Source of the DNA: a virus
Strand: one strand, 5' to 3'
Length of the DNA: 64,000 nt
IMG/VR virus record: IMGVR_UViG_3300023174_000140
Location: 1-64,000 of that record
The translations under genes and the position numbers were made by a program. The notes beneath the pieces are model-generated. The model was not told the DNA's origin. It searched no databases and saw only the letters and a list, made by a program, of their open reading frames with translations. Below are positions 34,694 through 44,819 of this stretch, piece by piece (the stretch's first letter is position 1; the number at the start of each line of letters is the position of its first letter).

Positions 34694-34717
34694 TTAAAAT
34701 AAAGTGTAATAATCTTT

Positions 34718-35311
34718 ATGCCAAATATTCGCGAACCAAATTTTAATAAAAATGTAATTGAGGTTTATACAGAAGAACCAGGATTTACAGGATACAAAGG
34801 TTTAGAGTGGAATAAATTAGATAGCGTTGAAGATATTTTGAGACAAGGAGTTGTTGTTTCTGGATTTGATGTTAATCTTAACTCAACAAATTCAATACTA
34901 AGTGGTATAAATAATAAAATTTTTGTAACAGGCGATCCATATCCAGCTGGAGTACAAGGCAATATAGTATTTCAAGCAGATTTAAATCCTCAATTTGATG
35001 CAGTTATGATGTACCAAGCAGATGCAGGGGGAAATGGACAAGTAGTATTTATTAATTCATTCGTAACACTACCAAATACAGGATATATTAAAAATCTAGT
35101 ATTTATCAACGCTTCTAATTCTACAATAGAAGTTAAACAAGATAATACATTTAATTGGGGAATACCAATTCCAGCTAATACGACTTTAACATTTAATGGC
35201 ATTACTGGTTTGCAACAACTTTCAGCTAGAAGATTTGATCAAGCAGCATGGCCTCCATTGACTGGTTATTTTAGATGGGAAGCTTGGCGTAAAAATTCAA
35301 TTTTAAATTAA
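34718..35311 (+). CDS. putative structural protein
   Basis: GTGTAA-N8-ATG. Confidence 0.65.
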   Translation: MPNIREPNFNKNVIEVYTEEPGFTGYKGLEWNKLDSVEDILRQGVVVSGFDVNLNSTNSILSGINNKIFVTGDPYPAGVQGNIVFQADLNPQFDAVMMYQADAGGNGQVVFINSFVTLPNTGYIKNLVFINASNSTIEVKQDNTFNWGIPIPANTTLTFNGITGLQQLSARRFDQAAWPPLTGYFRWEAWRKNSILN

Positions 35312-35318
35312 TTATATA

Positions 35319-36443
35319 ATGAAAAAAATAGAAATTGATTTTAGTTCTAGTTTAGCCGAAAAGAAAAAAGGCAAAGCACCACTCAATAAACCATTTCGCC
35401 TTCCATCTGGAAGTAAAAAGAAATTTGGAGTTTACGTTAAGAACGATAAGGGTAATATTGTTAAGGTTACTTTCGGTGACCCAAACATGTCGATTAAAAG
35501 AGACAATCCAGAAAGACGTAAAGCATATAGAGCTAGACATGGTTGCAGTAGTCCAGGCCCAAAATGGAAAGCTAATTACTGGAGCTGTAAAATGTGGAGT
35601 GCTAAACCAGTTAGTAAAATTACTGGTAGTGAAGAAGAAATTACTTTAGAAGCAGAAGTTCAAGGTAAAAATAAAGGACTTTGGTACAACATTCAACAAA
35701 AGAAAAAAAGAATGGGTAAAAATTATCGCCCAGCTAAACCAGGATCTCCAGATCGTCCAAGTCAAGAAGCACTTAAAAAAGCTCAAGCAGATGACTATAC
35801 TAATCAAGATTATAATTGGGATGGACAAACAGAATTTGATCAAAATCAATTTATTCAAGAAGATCCAACTTTAAATGAAGTAGAAATAATGGATGACACT
35901 GACATGGAAGCTCTTGAAATGAGTGAAAGTCAATTATCAGCAATCGCAGATAAAGCAGAACAACTTCTTGAAGCAATGTCTAATCCAGAAGTTGCAGATG
36001 ATATATTAGAACCTTGGATTCAAAATAAATTAGCAATTCTTGATGATTATATGGCTACAATTTATGATTATATCATGTATCCATCAAAACAAGAACAAAT
36101 GCAAGATCAACAAAATCCAAATTTAAATCAAAATCAAGCATATTCTATGTTTAATGTTGGAGATAAAGTTAGAAATATTAATGCTATGTGCAAGCATTAT
36201 GGTAGCGAAGGCACAGTTAAAGAAATTCGCCAACTTCCAGAAGATATGGGTTATGCAGTTATATATGAATGCACAAACAATGGTTCAACTTGGAAAATGG
36301 GAGATATGCTAGGTAAAACAGAAATACAACTTCAAAAAATTAATGAAGCAAAATGGAGCAAACAATATAAAGATAGCATTAATTGCAATAATCCAAAAGG
36401 CTTTTCTCAAAAAGCACATTGTCAAAGTTTAAAAAAGAAATAA
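35319..36443 (+). CDS. multi-motif virion-associated protein (DUF6321-like N-terminal motif)
   Basis: KVTFGDPNM..KRDNPERRK.YRARH.C...YWSC; GLW.NI..K; KWS..YK.SINC.NPKGFSQKAHC. Confidence 0.65.
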   Translation: MKKIEIDFSSSLAEKKKGKAPLNKPFRLPSGSKKKFGVYVKNDKGNIVKVTFGDPNMSIKRDNPERRKAYRARHGCSSPGPKWKANYWSCKMWSAKPVSKITGSEEEITLEAEVQGKNKGLWYNIQQKKKRMGKNYRPAKPGSPDRPSQEALKKAQADDYTNQDYNWDGQTEFDQNQFIQEDPTLNEVEIMDDTDMEALEMSESQLSAIADKAEQLLEAMSNPEVADDILEPWIQNKLAILDDYMATIYDYIMYPSKQEQMQDQQNPNLNQNQAYSMFNVGDKVRNINAMCKHYGSEGTVKEIRQLPEDMGYAVIYECTNNGSTWKMGDMLGKTEIQLQKINEAKWSKQYKDSINCNNPKGFSQKAHCQSLKKK

Positions 36444-36447
36444 TTTT

Positions 36448-36828
36448 ATGCCAAATGAAGGGCTTATCTTTCCAAAGTTAAACGAAAGACAAAAAGATCT
36501 TTATTTAAAGATAGTTACTAATCTACAAACCTATGGATATTTTGATAGAGGTATTGGTTCTAATGGAATTCAATATTTAAGTGCAGAACAAAATCCTTTC
36601 AAAGAGCAAAGTCTTGAATGTGAGTATTGTGCTTTTTATTACCTTGAAAGCGATAAGCCAAGATGTGAATTAATTCAAGGTGATATAGATAATGAAGGAT
36701 GGTGCAAATTTTGGATAATTTCTGATGAAGATATAAAGAAAGAATCTCAAGCAGCTTTTAAGGTTCTAAATAAAAAGAATAAAACTTTTGAAGCGACATA
36801 TAGATTGGATGATAAACAAATTAAATAA
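36448..36828 (+). CDS. HiPIP-like 4-Cys domain protein
   Basis: CEYCAFY...CELIQGDI..EGWCKFW. Confidence 0.6.
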   Translation: MPNEGLIFPKLNERQKDLYLKIVTNLQTYGYFDRGIGSNGIQYLSAEQNPFKEQSLECEYCAFYYLESDKPRCELIQGDIDNEGWCKFWIISDEDIKKESQAAFKVLNKKNKTFEATYRLDDKQIK

Positions 36829-37339
36829 ACTTTGTAACTGGAAATCGAAAACATTACTAGTTGGACTCATATTAATCGTATCTTGGATCGCTTGCTTAAA
36901 AATTGGTTTTGAACTTAAAAAACATTATTCAATAACAAATCTTCCAAATTCTTGCTTCATTGATTCAATGATATATGCCTCTAGATGTAATCTTCTTTTA
37001 ATAAGTAGTTCTGATACTTGGAATAGTGTTTATGGTTTTACATTTGGTTATAAAGATGACAAAGAAGCTATACTTGGTCATGCAGTTTGCGTTTTTGAGT
37101 ATAATAATAACTTATGGATGTACGATCCTAATTGGGGCACATCTCCTGTATGCAAAATTGGAGATAGAAAAAGATACAAAGAAAAAATAAGATTGTATAT
37201 AAACAAAACTTACCCTATAATAGTAATAGAGGATTTTATGTTAAATGATTGGACATATGTTCAAAAAACAAAGAAAAATAAAATGAACAAAACTTATAAA
37301 GAGGTGTCTATACATTTAGATGAAGACAAAAAGGAGTAA
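36788..37339 (+). CDS. membrane-anchored papain/transglutaminase-like protein
   Basis: TM, PNSC, GHAVCVF, WMYDP (Cys-His-Asp). Confidence 0.55.
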   Translation: MKRHIDWMINKLNKLCNWKSKTLLVGLILIVSWIACLKIGFELKKHYSITNLPNSCFIDSMIYASRCNLLLISSSDTWNSVYGFTFGYKDDKEAILGHAVCVFEYNNNLWMYDPNWGTSPVCKIGDRKRYKEKIRLYINKTYPIIVIEDFMLNDWTYVQKTKKNKMNKTYKEVSIHLDEDKKE

Positions 37340-37348
37340 ACTAATAAT

Positions 37349-39376
37349 ATGAAAATAAACCTACTAAAAAGGTTACTAAAAAACACAGCCGCAAAATTAA
37401 TTGCGGCTTTTTTAATGTCTGGAGCTGTTCAAGAATCTCAAGCAGTAAATTTCTTATGGAATAATACTGGCACACAATGGACATCTCCAACTAGCTGGAC
37501 AAATAACGCTCAACCAACCTCTACCACTACAACTGGTACAGATGTTGTTCAGTTTAGTAACTATGGTGCAAATTTTAATACTGTAGATTTAACTTCTACA
37601 AGAACAGCTCAAAAACTTGAGTTTTTTAGTGGAGCAAATGCTTATACATTTACAACTGCAAGCAGTAAGCTACTTGAAACAGCATCTGGCGGAATCACTA
37701 ACGCTTCATCATCTATACAAACTTTTAATTTACGAGTTAATAATAGCGGTGGCAATTATACTTGGTTTACAGCTAGTGGAGGAGGTCTTACGTTTAATCA
37801 ACAAGTAGGATTAACCACAGATGCGTCTAGTACTTCTAGGACTCTTACTCTTGCTGGAGATGGTGCATATATATTTAATAATAACCTTATAAACAATGGT
37901 ACAAGTTTAGCTCCTGCTGCTAAAGTAATTTATACAGGTAATGGCAGTATTACATTTAATGGTACAAACGTAATTGGAGGTTCTGGTGGAGGTGGTTTTG
38001 ATATAACAGGAAGTGGCACTGTTAATGTAAATGGTGGAACTGGTGTTGGACAAGGATTGGTAACATTAGGTGGAGCAAGTGGAACAACAAATGTACCTAT
38101 ATTAAAAATTAATACTGCAAATGGTTTATCTACTCTTAGCAGCTTGAAGGGATCAACTAGTTTATCTACAATGGGAACGCTAGATTTGCTAGGATCAAAT
38201 CCTGATGCTGTTACTACTTTTATCATGAATCAGTATCAAGGCAATAATATGAATTTTACAAATCATGGCGGAGGTAAAACATTGCTTCAATTTACTAATT
38301 CTGCTAATACATTAACTGTATCTACTGGTAATAGTGGTGGCAGAAGGATGTTCAACAATAGTACAAACTTACTAGTGCAATTTGATGGTACATTAGATGT
38401 TGGATCTACTACAGCAGATTATAATGTTGTTGGAGGTATTGGAGATTTCTTATTTAAAGGATCTTTGCTTAATACTGGTTCTGCAATCAGAGGGCTTACA
38501 AAAACAGGATTAGGAACAGTAACTCTAGAAGGAGTTAATTCTTATAATGGAGATACAACAGTACAAGAAGGAAAATTACTAGTTAATACAACTGGTTCTA
38601 TATTATCAAGTTCTGCTATAGTTTCTGGAGGAACTCTTCAAGTCAAAGGAGTTGCAGGTGGAGTAACTCTAAATAGCGGAAATTTACTTGTAGATAATGG
38701 TGGTACAGTTGGATCTACAACAGTTGGAGGTGGTACTCTATTAGTTTCTGGTACAGCTGGAACAACTATAGTTAATGCTGGAACAGCTACAGTAAATTTA
38801 GGTGGCACTATTGGAAGTACCACAATTAATGGAAGTTTACTTTCCGTAAATGGACGCGCAGGAGATGTTATAGTAAATACAGGAGGTACATTAGGTGGCT
38901 CTGGTAGTGTGCAAGGCTTGACTTTAAATGGTGGTATTGTGGCCCCTGGCAATAGCCCTGGTCTGCTTACTGCTTATGATTTAAATGGAAGCAACGGAAC
39001 ATTTGCATTCCAAATAGGCGCGCCCACTACTAGAGGAGTCACCTACGACGCTATCAATGTTACTAATTTATTAACTTTTGGATCAAATTCAAATTTTACA
39101 TTTGAAGTATTAGATACTTATAATTTCTCTAGTGGAGATTCATATGATCTATTTAACTTTGGAAGTATTGATGCTACAAATTTTGATATAACAAAACTAG
39201 ATATTGCATTACCAACTTTAAATTCAACTGATCTAAGTTGGAATACTAGTTCATTTACAACGGATGGAATAGTTAGCGTTGTTGCTAATGTTCCAGAACC
39301 ATCTGCGATACAATTATTTGGAATTGGTTTGATTTCTCTACTTGCTTGTCGTAGAATATCTAAAAGAAATGGATAA
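37349..39376 (+). CDS. PEP-CTERM surface protein with autotransporter-associated beta-strand repeat
   Basis: signal peptide; GLTKTGLGTVTLEGVNSYNGDTTVQEGKL; APGNSPG; C-terminal VPEPSAIQLFGIGLISLLACRR. Confidence 0.9.
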   Translation: MKINLLKRLLKNTAAKLIAAFLMSGAVQESQAVNFLWNNTGTQWTSPTSWTNNAQPTSTTTTGTDVVQFSNYGANFNTVDLTSTRTAQKLEFFSGANAYTFTTASSKLLETASGGITNASSSIQTFNLRVNNSGGNYTWFTASGGGLTFNQQVGLTTDASSTSRTLTLAGDGAYIFNNNLINNGTSLAPAAKVIYTGNGSITFNGTNVIGGSGGGGFDITGSGTVNVNGGTGVGQGLVTLGGASGTTNVPILKINTANGLSTLSSLKGSTSLSTMGTLDLLGSNPDAVTTFIMNQYQGNNMNFTNHGGGKTLLQFTNSANTLTVSTGNSGGRRMFNNSTNLLVQFDGTLDVGSTTADYNVVGGIGDFLFKGSLLNTGSAIRGLTKTGLGTVTLEGVNSYNGDTTVQEGKLLVNTTGSILSSSAIVSGGTLQVKGVAGGVTLNSGNLLVDNGGTVGSTTVGGGTLLVSGTAGTTIVNAGTATVNLGGTIGSTTINGSLLSVNGRAGDVIVNTGGTLGGSGSVQGLTLNGGIVAPGNSPGLLTAYDLNGSNGTFAFQIGAPTTRGVTYDAINVTNLLTFGSNSNFTFEVLDTYNFSSGDSYDLFNFGSIDATNFDITKLDIALPTLNSTDLSWNTSSFTTDGIVSVVANVPEPSAIQLFGIGLISLLACRRISKRNG

Positions 39377-39638
39377 TCAATTGAGAAATATATTATTGAA
39401 TAATTATGAAAAGAGTCTTCCATCCAAAAGGGATACAGAAGACTTTATAAGTAATTTTCGTCAATATAGAATTAAAAAGAAAGCACAAGAAAAAACGCAT
39501 TATGGATTAGTTTTTGCTTGCATTTTAGTATTAACTATGATAGGATCAATTGTGGCCAAACAAACTAAAAATAATTTAGATATACAAACCGCAGCTGGAT
39601 TAGAAAAATGCAATACGCAACTCATGGAAAAAAAGTAG
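39369..39638 (+). CDS. single-TM protein
   Basis: ATG at 39369; TM segment YGLVFACILVLTMIGSIV. Confidence 0.55.
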   Translation: MDNQLRNILLNNYEKSLPSKRDTEDFISNFRQYRIKKKAQEKTHYGLVFACILVLTMIGSIVAKQTKNNLDIQTAAGLEKCNTQLMEKK

Positions 39639-39826
39639 TCTTTGAAGGAGATGTCAAAGAAGTATCTAATTGGGTAAATAAAAACGTTGGAGATCATCAA
39701 ACAGTATCACTAAAAGAATATTTTCAAGATGATATTTTTGGGGTATATAAAAATGGCGAAGAAAATTATAGATACTATTATCAATGTTTGGGCCATGGAA
39801 GATATTCAATTTTCATAATACAATGA
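39608..39826 (+). CDS. hypothetical protein
   Basis: ORF in run. Confidence 0.5.
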   Translation: MQYATHGKKVVFEGDVKEVSNWVNKNVGDHQTVSLKEYFQDDIFGVYKNGEENYRYYYQCLGHGRYSIFIIQ

Positions 39827-40137
39827 AATCTTTTATTAGATTAGAGATGTTGTTTTATTTTATGCTATTTCCAATAGGTGCTGTTTGTGCATTTTTCTAT
39901 ACAAAAAATGTTGGACCTATAAAGCAATATAATCTTGGTCTTGATTTTGAATATGTGCCAGTTGATGAAGGCTCATCTTTTATATGTAGAGCAGAACCAA
40001 TAGGCGAAAATAGTCAACCTTGGATATTAAGCTTGCAACCAAAACCAAAACCAGTTATAGACACAAATGAACATTATATATGCATAGGCTATATGAGAAA
40101 AAGAATAAGATTAAAACCAAATTTATGCACAAATTAA
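39823..40137 (+). CDS. membrane-anchored hypothetical protein
   Basis: ATGA-coupled; N-terminal TM. Confidence 0.55.
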   Translation: MKSFIRLEMLFYFMLFPIGAVCAFFYTKNVGPIKQYNLGLDFEYVPVDEGSSFICRAEPIGENSQPWILSLQPKPKPVIDTNEHYICIGYMRKRIRLKPNLCTN

Positions 40138-40574
40138 TATATATACTATTAGTCACAATTTTAATTCAAACTTCTTATGCCGAGGATAAAATCAAAATAT
40201 CAATCAACAAAGATAAAAATGGCAAGATAACCTTAATTAGTTCTGGACATTCAGTTCCAATATCTTTTGATATTATGGGCAAAAGTTATGATGTTCCAGC
40301 TGGTGGTGGATCAGTAGAAGTTGAATCAAAAGAATTAGATAATAAAAAAGAACAAGTGCCAAAAGAGGAAAAGAAAGATGAAGCATCAAATTTAGCAAAA
40401 GAAGAGACTGCCGCGAATAATGATCAAGCTCAAAAGATGAAAGACTTCAATCAAAACCAAGAACAACAACAGCAAACTCAAAAACTTCAACAAGCTATAC
40501 AACAACAGCAAAATGAAAAGAATGTTCCACCAGTAAATTCAAATCCAAACCCTAAAGAAGCAACTCCTATTTAA
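40125..40574 (+). CDS. secreted Gln-rich protein
   Basis: signal peptide MHKLIYILLVTILIQTSYA. Confidence 0.6.
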   Translation: MHKLIYILLVTILIQTSYAEDKIKISINKDKNGKITLISSGHSVPISFDIMGKSYDVPAGGGSVEVESKELDNKKEQVPKEEKKDEASNLAKEETAANNDQAQKMKDFNQNQEQQQQTQKLQQAIQQQQNEKNVPPVNSNPNPKEATPI

Positions 40575-40592
40575 TATGGTGTAAGCCCATAT

Positions 40593-40859
40593 ATGGTAAT
40601 TAAAATTAAGAACTGGTGGAAAGATTTAAAATCTTATGATAGGTTTTTCTTTATCTCATTCGTTCCTGCAATGCTTTTCACACTTTGGGGGCTAAGTGAC
40701 CTTTATATTAATTACTTTGATTTATTAAGTAGAGAAGATCACCTTCAATTCTTTCTTAGGATATTCTTTCCAATATCAGTAGCTACTTTAATAACAGTAT
40801 TAGAGCGCAATAAGAGACAAAAACTAATAAAAGATATAAAAAACTATTTAAAACAGTAG
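40593..40859 (+). CDS. two-TM membrane protein
   Basis: GTGTAA-N8-ATG. Confidence 0.65.
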   Translation: MVIKIKNWWKDLKSYDRFFFISFVPAMLFTLWGLSDLYINYFDLLSREDHLQFFLRIFFPISVATLITVLERNKRQKLIKDIKNYLKQ

Positions 40860-40872
40860 TGTAATCTACTTT

Positions 40873-42180
40873 ATGGCTTTTACAGTTAAAAAACAAGGAA
40901 AGTTAAATTTTAAAAAAAATAAAACTTTTAAGATTCTAAGAACAGCAGAGTCATTTCTTCCATCAAGTTTAGGTGGATTAGCTCTTTGGTTAAAAGCGGA
41001 TACTGGGATTACATTACAAACTTATATATCTCAAGTTGTTCTAACTTGCACTGGAGGACTTTCAAGTTTTTCTGGAACATACATAGCCAATGGATTCCCA
41101 GATGCTGGTAATAACTATTCTTTGAGTTGCCCTGCAAATGGTAAATCAATAACTTGTGAAGAAGGAAGATTCTATCTTGACCAAAATTCTAATGTGGATT
41201 CTTATGATTGCATTAATTGGAATTTAAATAATCAGATTACAGTTGGTATACATATTAATGGTGGAGATATTCCTGAGGAATTAGGGGGTAATTATTATCT
41301 AAATGAAAGGTCTGCAGGATATTCAGATATGATTAATGGTAGTGGGGGAAATATACAAGGAAGCCTTGGAAATTGGAGTTTATACGATACAGCTACATTT
41401 ACTCTTCAATACTCTAACTCATCTACTTATGGAGATGGACAATGGACAAACGAAGCTGGAGGTGGAGAGCTCTATGGATCGTCAGTTATATTAGATCCAG
41501 ATGGTACGATATCTGGTACTGTTACAAGATCTATTAACTATGGATATCAAACTGTAATTGAATGGGCAGATCAAAGTGGAAATGATAACAATATGATTGC
41601 AGATTCTGGATCTGAACCCACATTTATTAGCAGTGAATTAAATGGGAAACCAGTTATAGATTTTGCAACAAACAAGTATTTAACCGCATCATTTTCCTCA
41701 ACCAATTTTACACAGGAAACTGTATTTGTTGTATTTAAGTTTGTTTCGGAAAATTTAAGTACTTATGCAAGGCCATTCTCGCAAAGTAATATAGACTACA
41801 ATGATTACCAAACACCAGGAAACCTTTTGCCACTTATGCGGAAAGATGGGACAGATGATATGTGGTGTTATAGTCCTCAAGATGATACATTTCTAGCTAG
41901 TCTTCCAACATCTAACAATACTTGGTATATTTCAACAACAAAAACAAATGGAAGTAATGGTTCTTTTTTGCTTAACGGAAGTAATGAGCAATCGTTTTCA
42001 GCAGAATTCAATGCAGATATTACAAATATGAGAATTGGTGGATCTATATTTGAAGGTGGATCTTTCAACGACCCATTCAATTCTAAAATAGCCGAAGTAA
42101 TTGTTTACAATAGAGATTTAACAACCCAAGAACGCCAGCAAGTTGAAGCTTATTTAAACCAAAAATATCAAATTTATTAA
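40873..42180 (+). CDS. LamG/ConA-like domain virion protein (adhesin/fibre)
   Basis: LALWLKAD, EWADQSGN, NGKPVIDF, IAEVIVYNRDLT..ERQQVE.YL..KY. Confidence 0.75.
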   Translation: MAFTVKKQGKLNFKKNKTFKILRTAESFLPSSLGGLALWLKADTGITLQTYISQVVLTCTGGLSSFSGTYIANGFPDAGNNYSLSCPANGKSITCEEGRFYLDQNSNVDSYDCINWNLNNQITVGIHINGGDIPEELGGNYYLNERSAGYSDMINGSGGNIQGSLGNWSLYDTATFTLQYSNSSTYGDGQWTNEAGGGELYGSSVILDPDGTISGTVTRSINYGYQTVIEWADQSGNDNNMIADSGSEPTFISSELNGKPVIDFATNKYLTASFSSTNFTQETVFVVFKFVSENLSTYARPFSQSNIDYNDYQTPGNLLPLMRKDGTDDMWCYSPQDDTFLASLPTSNNTWYISTTKTNGSNGSFLLNGSNEQSFSAEFNADITNMRIGGSIFEGGSFNDPFNSKIAEVIVYNRDLTTQERQQVEAYLNQKYQIY

Positions 42181-42182
42181 TA

Positions 42183-42257
42183 TTACTTAACTCTCTCTAC
42201 TAAATACCATATATAAATTAACACAGCAAAGCAAACTAAAGTAGTAGAAATAATCAT
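42183..42257 (-). CDS. 24-aa TM micropeptide (MIISTTLVCFAVLIYIWYLVERVK)
   Basis: minus-strand GTGTAA-N8-ATG; fills the intergenic gap. Confidence 0.45.
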   Translation of the reverse strand: MIISTTLVCFAVLIYIWYLVERVK

Positions 42258-42300
42258 ATATATTCTTACACTAGTATTAAAAACATGTGTAATAACATAC

Positions 42301-42966
42301 ATGCCGATTCCCCAGCCCAAGGATAACGAAAAACAAAACGACTACATGGATCGTTGCATGCACAAAGTTAATAAAGATAATCCTAAAATGGAAAATAAGC
42401 AACAAGTCGCAATTTGCTTAAATACTTATAACAACCCAAAGAAGAAAAGCAAAGCAAACGAAATTGAAGTAGACATGAGTGAAGATATCAAAAACTTGAA
42501 TAAACAACAAGAAGTAAAGGTTGAAGCGCCAACAGCACCAGAAGTTAAGGCTCAAGATATTACTGATATCCCAGATGATCAAAACACTGAGTCCTTAGAT
42601 GGAGAAAAAATTCAAACAGCAATGCTTCAAATGCAAAAACAATATCAAATTTTTCATTGGCAAACAACTTCATTCTCACAACATAAAAGTTTTGGAAAAA
42701 TTTACGAGAGCTTAGATGAAAGCATAGATACTTTTATTGAAACATACATGGGTAAATATGGCAGAGTAATCGCCGCTTCTAAGTTTAATCTTGAAATGTC
42801 AAATTATTCTGATTTGAATTTTAGTACCGCAACAGATTCATATATTGAATTTTTGATTGGATTAAATGATATGTTTGATGAAACTCGAGATTCAGATTTA
42901 TTAAATACACGAGATGAGATACTTGGCAGTTTAAATAGATTAAAATATCTATTGACATTAAACTAA
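42301..42966 (+). CDS. ferritin/Dps-like (DUF5856-type) protein with N-terminal extension
   Basis: FHWQT.S..QHK.FG..YE.L....D.FIE.YMGKYGR, DLLN.RDE......LKYLLTL. Confidence 0.75.
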   Translation: MPIPQPKDNEKQNDYMDRCMHKVNKDNPKMENKQQVAICLNTYNNPKKKSKANEIEVDMSEDIKNLNKQQEVKVEAPTAPEVKAQDITDIPDDQNTESLDGEKIQTAMLQMQKQYQIFHWQTTSFSQHKSFGKIYESLDESIDTFIETYMGKYGRVIAASKFNLEMSNYSDLNFSTATDSYIEFLIGLNDMFDETRDSDLLNTRDEILGSLNRLKYLLTLN

Positions 42967-42997
42967 AAAATAATATATATCACCCTAATATATTAGG

Positions 42998-43669
42998 ATG
43001 CACGAAGTACTAGCAATTTCAGATATTCACCTTGGCGACAAAGATTGTCAAGCTAATAAATTACTTAAAGTCTTAAAAAAAGAAGAAGCAAAAACAATAT
43101 TAATTGTTGGTGATCTTTTTGATCATCATAACTTAAATAGACTTAATAAAACTCATTGGAAAGTATTATCCAAATTAAGAAAATTAAGCAAAAAAAGCAA
43201 AATTATATATTTAATTGGCAATCATTGTTTTCTAAAAGCAGAGTTTATGAGTATTCTTCTTGGTTTTGATTGTAGAGATGAGTATGAATTTGATATAAAA
43301 GATAAGAAATTTATAGCAGTTCATGGTGATATATTTGATATATATTTTAGTAAATACAAAAGCATCACAGAATTTATAATTAAATTATATTATATTATTA
43401 GACACTATACGCCATTTGCGGATAATTTCTTTAAATTATTAAGAAAGAAAACAGAATCATTAGGAGAAAAAACATCTAATATAAAAGAAAATGCTATTAA
43501 ATACTGTAAATTTAATAACAAAGATTCAATTATTTGTGGTCATAGCCATAAACCAGAACATGACTATAATAAATTTGAATATATTAATACTGGAAGTTTT
43601 TGTGAAGAAAAGGCTAGTTATGTTATAATAGATAAGAAAGGTAAAGCAAGTTTAATTTATTTAGATTAA
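42998..43669 (+). CDS. calcineurin-like metallophosphoesterase (LpxH-like)
   Basis: ISDIHLG, GDLFD, GNH, HGD.FD, CGHSH, NTGSF. Confidence 0.8.
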   Translation: MHEVLAISDIHLGDKDCQANKLLKVLKKEEAKTILIVGDLFDHHNLNRLNKTHWKVLSKLRKLSKKSKIIYLIGNHCFLKAEFMSILLGFDCRDEYEFDIKDKKFIAVHGDIFDIYFSKYKSITEFIIKLYYIIRHYTPFADNFFKLLRKKTESLGEKTSNIKENAIKYCKFNNKDSIICGHSHKPEHDYNKFEYINTGSFCEEKASYVIIDKKGKASLIYLD

Positions 43670-43697
43670 ATTCAAAATTAGTGGTATAATATTGTTA

Positions 43698-44135
43698 ATG
43701 AAAAGATATTGTGCTTCATGCGGATCGCCCACAGAATATACGATTAAAAAACCATTATTTTGTTCAAGTTGTGCTAAACCATTTGATAAACTTGATGAAG
43801 CACCTACAAAACCAGTAGTACAAAAAGTATTAATGCAAAAAAAGACTATATCAAGTAAAAAATATATAGAAGATATAGATGCAGATGTTGACTCAGATAC
43901 TGACACAGATCTTGATATGGAAGATGATGTGGATGTTCCTAATATATCTAAATTAGAAGTAGAAGCTGAAGATGAAACTCCTAAATCTAAAGGAATAAAA
44001 ATAGGCTCACTTATGGGAACAAGTTCTACTCCATCAAAAAGGAGCAAGCAAACAAAAAATAGTAAAACTTCAAAGAAACAAACTCTAGAAGATTTTTCTA
44101 AAGAAGCAGGTACATTAAGAAGATCCAGAAAGTAA
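43698..44135 (+). CDS. zinc-ribbon protein
   Basis: YCASCG...FCSSCA; extended -10 TGGTATAAT directly upstream. Confidence 0.7.
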   Translation: MKRYCASCGSPTEYTIKKPLFCSSCAKPFDKLDEAPTKPVVQKVLMQKKTISSKKYIEDIDADVDSDTDTDLDMEDDVDVPNISKLEVEAEDETPKSKGIKIGSLMGTSSTPSKRSKQTKNSKTSKKQTLEDFSKEAGTLRRSRK

Positions 44136-44818
44136 TGAAATCTTCGAAAGCAAGTTTCGAGAGTAAAATTTCGGAGATAAATCAGGAAATTAATAAAAGA
44201 AAGCATAAGTGGAATCTAACTAGTTTAGCTTGGATGGACTTTAGTGATGTTTCTCAAATTCTGAGAATACATATATATAAAAAATGGAATCTATATGATC
44301 CTAAAAAGCCATTAGCTCCATGGATAAACAGAATCGTCAGCAATCAAATTAAAAATCTTATAAGAAATAACTATGGAAATTATTCGAGACCTTGTTTAAA
44401 ATGTGCAGCTGCAGAACAAGAAGATGGATGTAGCATATATGCTTCTCAATGTAGTAAATGCCCACTTTATGCAAAATGGGAAAAAAGCAAAAAATCAGCC
44501 CACAACATTAAGCTTCCAGTTGCTTTAGAAAATCATACTCAAGAAGTTCATAATATAATTGAAGATGAAATAGATATAGAAAAAACAGCTAAAAATATTC
44601 ATGCAAAAATGCAGCAAGTCCTTAAGCCTATTGAGTGGAAATTTTATGATTTATATTATATTCAACACAAATCTGAAGAAGATTCAGCAAAATCAATGGG
44701 ATATAAGACAACAGAAAAAAATAGAAAAATTGGATACAAACAAGTCAAGAATCTCAAAAAATCCATTATGATAAAAGTTAAGAAATATTTATATAATGGA
44801 GACATAGATATTCATTAA
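44135..44818 (+). CDS. phage sigma70-like factor with Cys-rich insertion (putative late sigma)
   Basis: region-2-like DVSQILRIHIYKKWNLYDPKKPLAPWINRIVSNQIKNLIR; region-4-like L.P.E..FY.LYY...SEEDSAK.MGY; CLKC..C..CSKC insert. Confidence 0.7.
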   Translation: MKSSKASFESKISEINQEINKRKHKWNLTSLAWMDFSDVSQILRIHIYKKWNLYDPKKPLAPWINRIVSNQIKNLIRNNYGNYSRPCLKCAAAEQEDGCSIYASQCSKCPLYAKWEKSKKSAHNIKLPVALENHTQEVHNIIEDEIDIEKTAKNIHAKMQQVLKPIEWKFYDLYYIQHKSEEDSAKSMGYKTTEKNRKIGYKQVKNLKKSIMIKVKKYLYNGDIDIH

Positions 44819-44819
44819 T

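Noticed and set aside
43661-44206. 181-aa minus-strand ORF and similar antisense ORFs over the PEP-CTERM, fibre and LRR genes
   Set aside because: Antisense shadows of well-supported plus-strand genes
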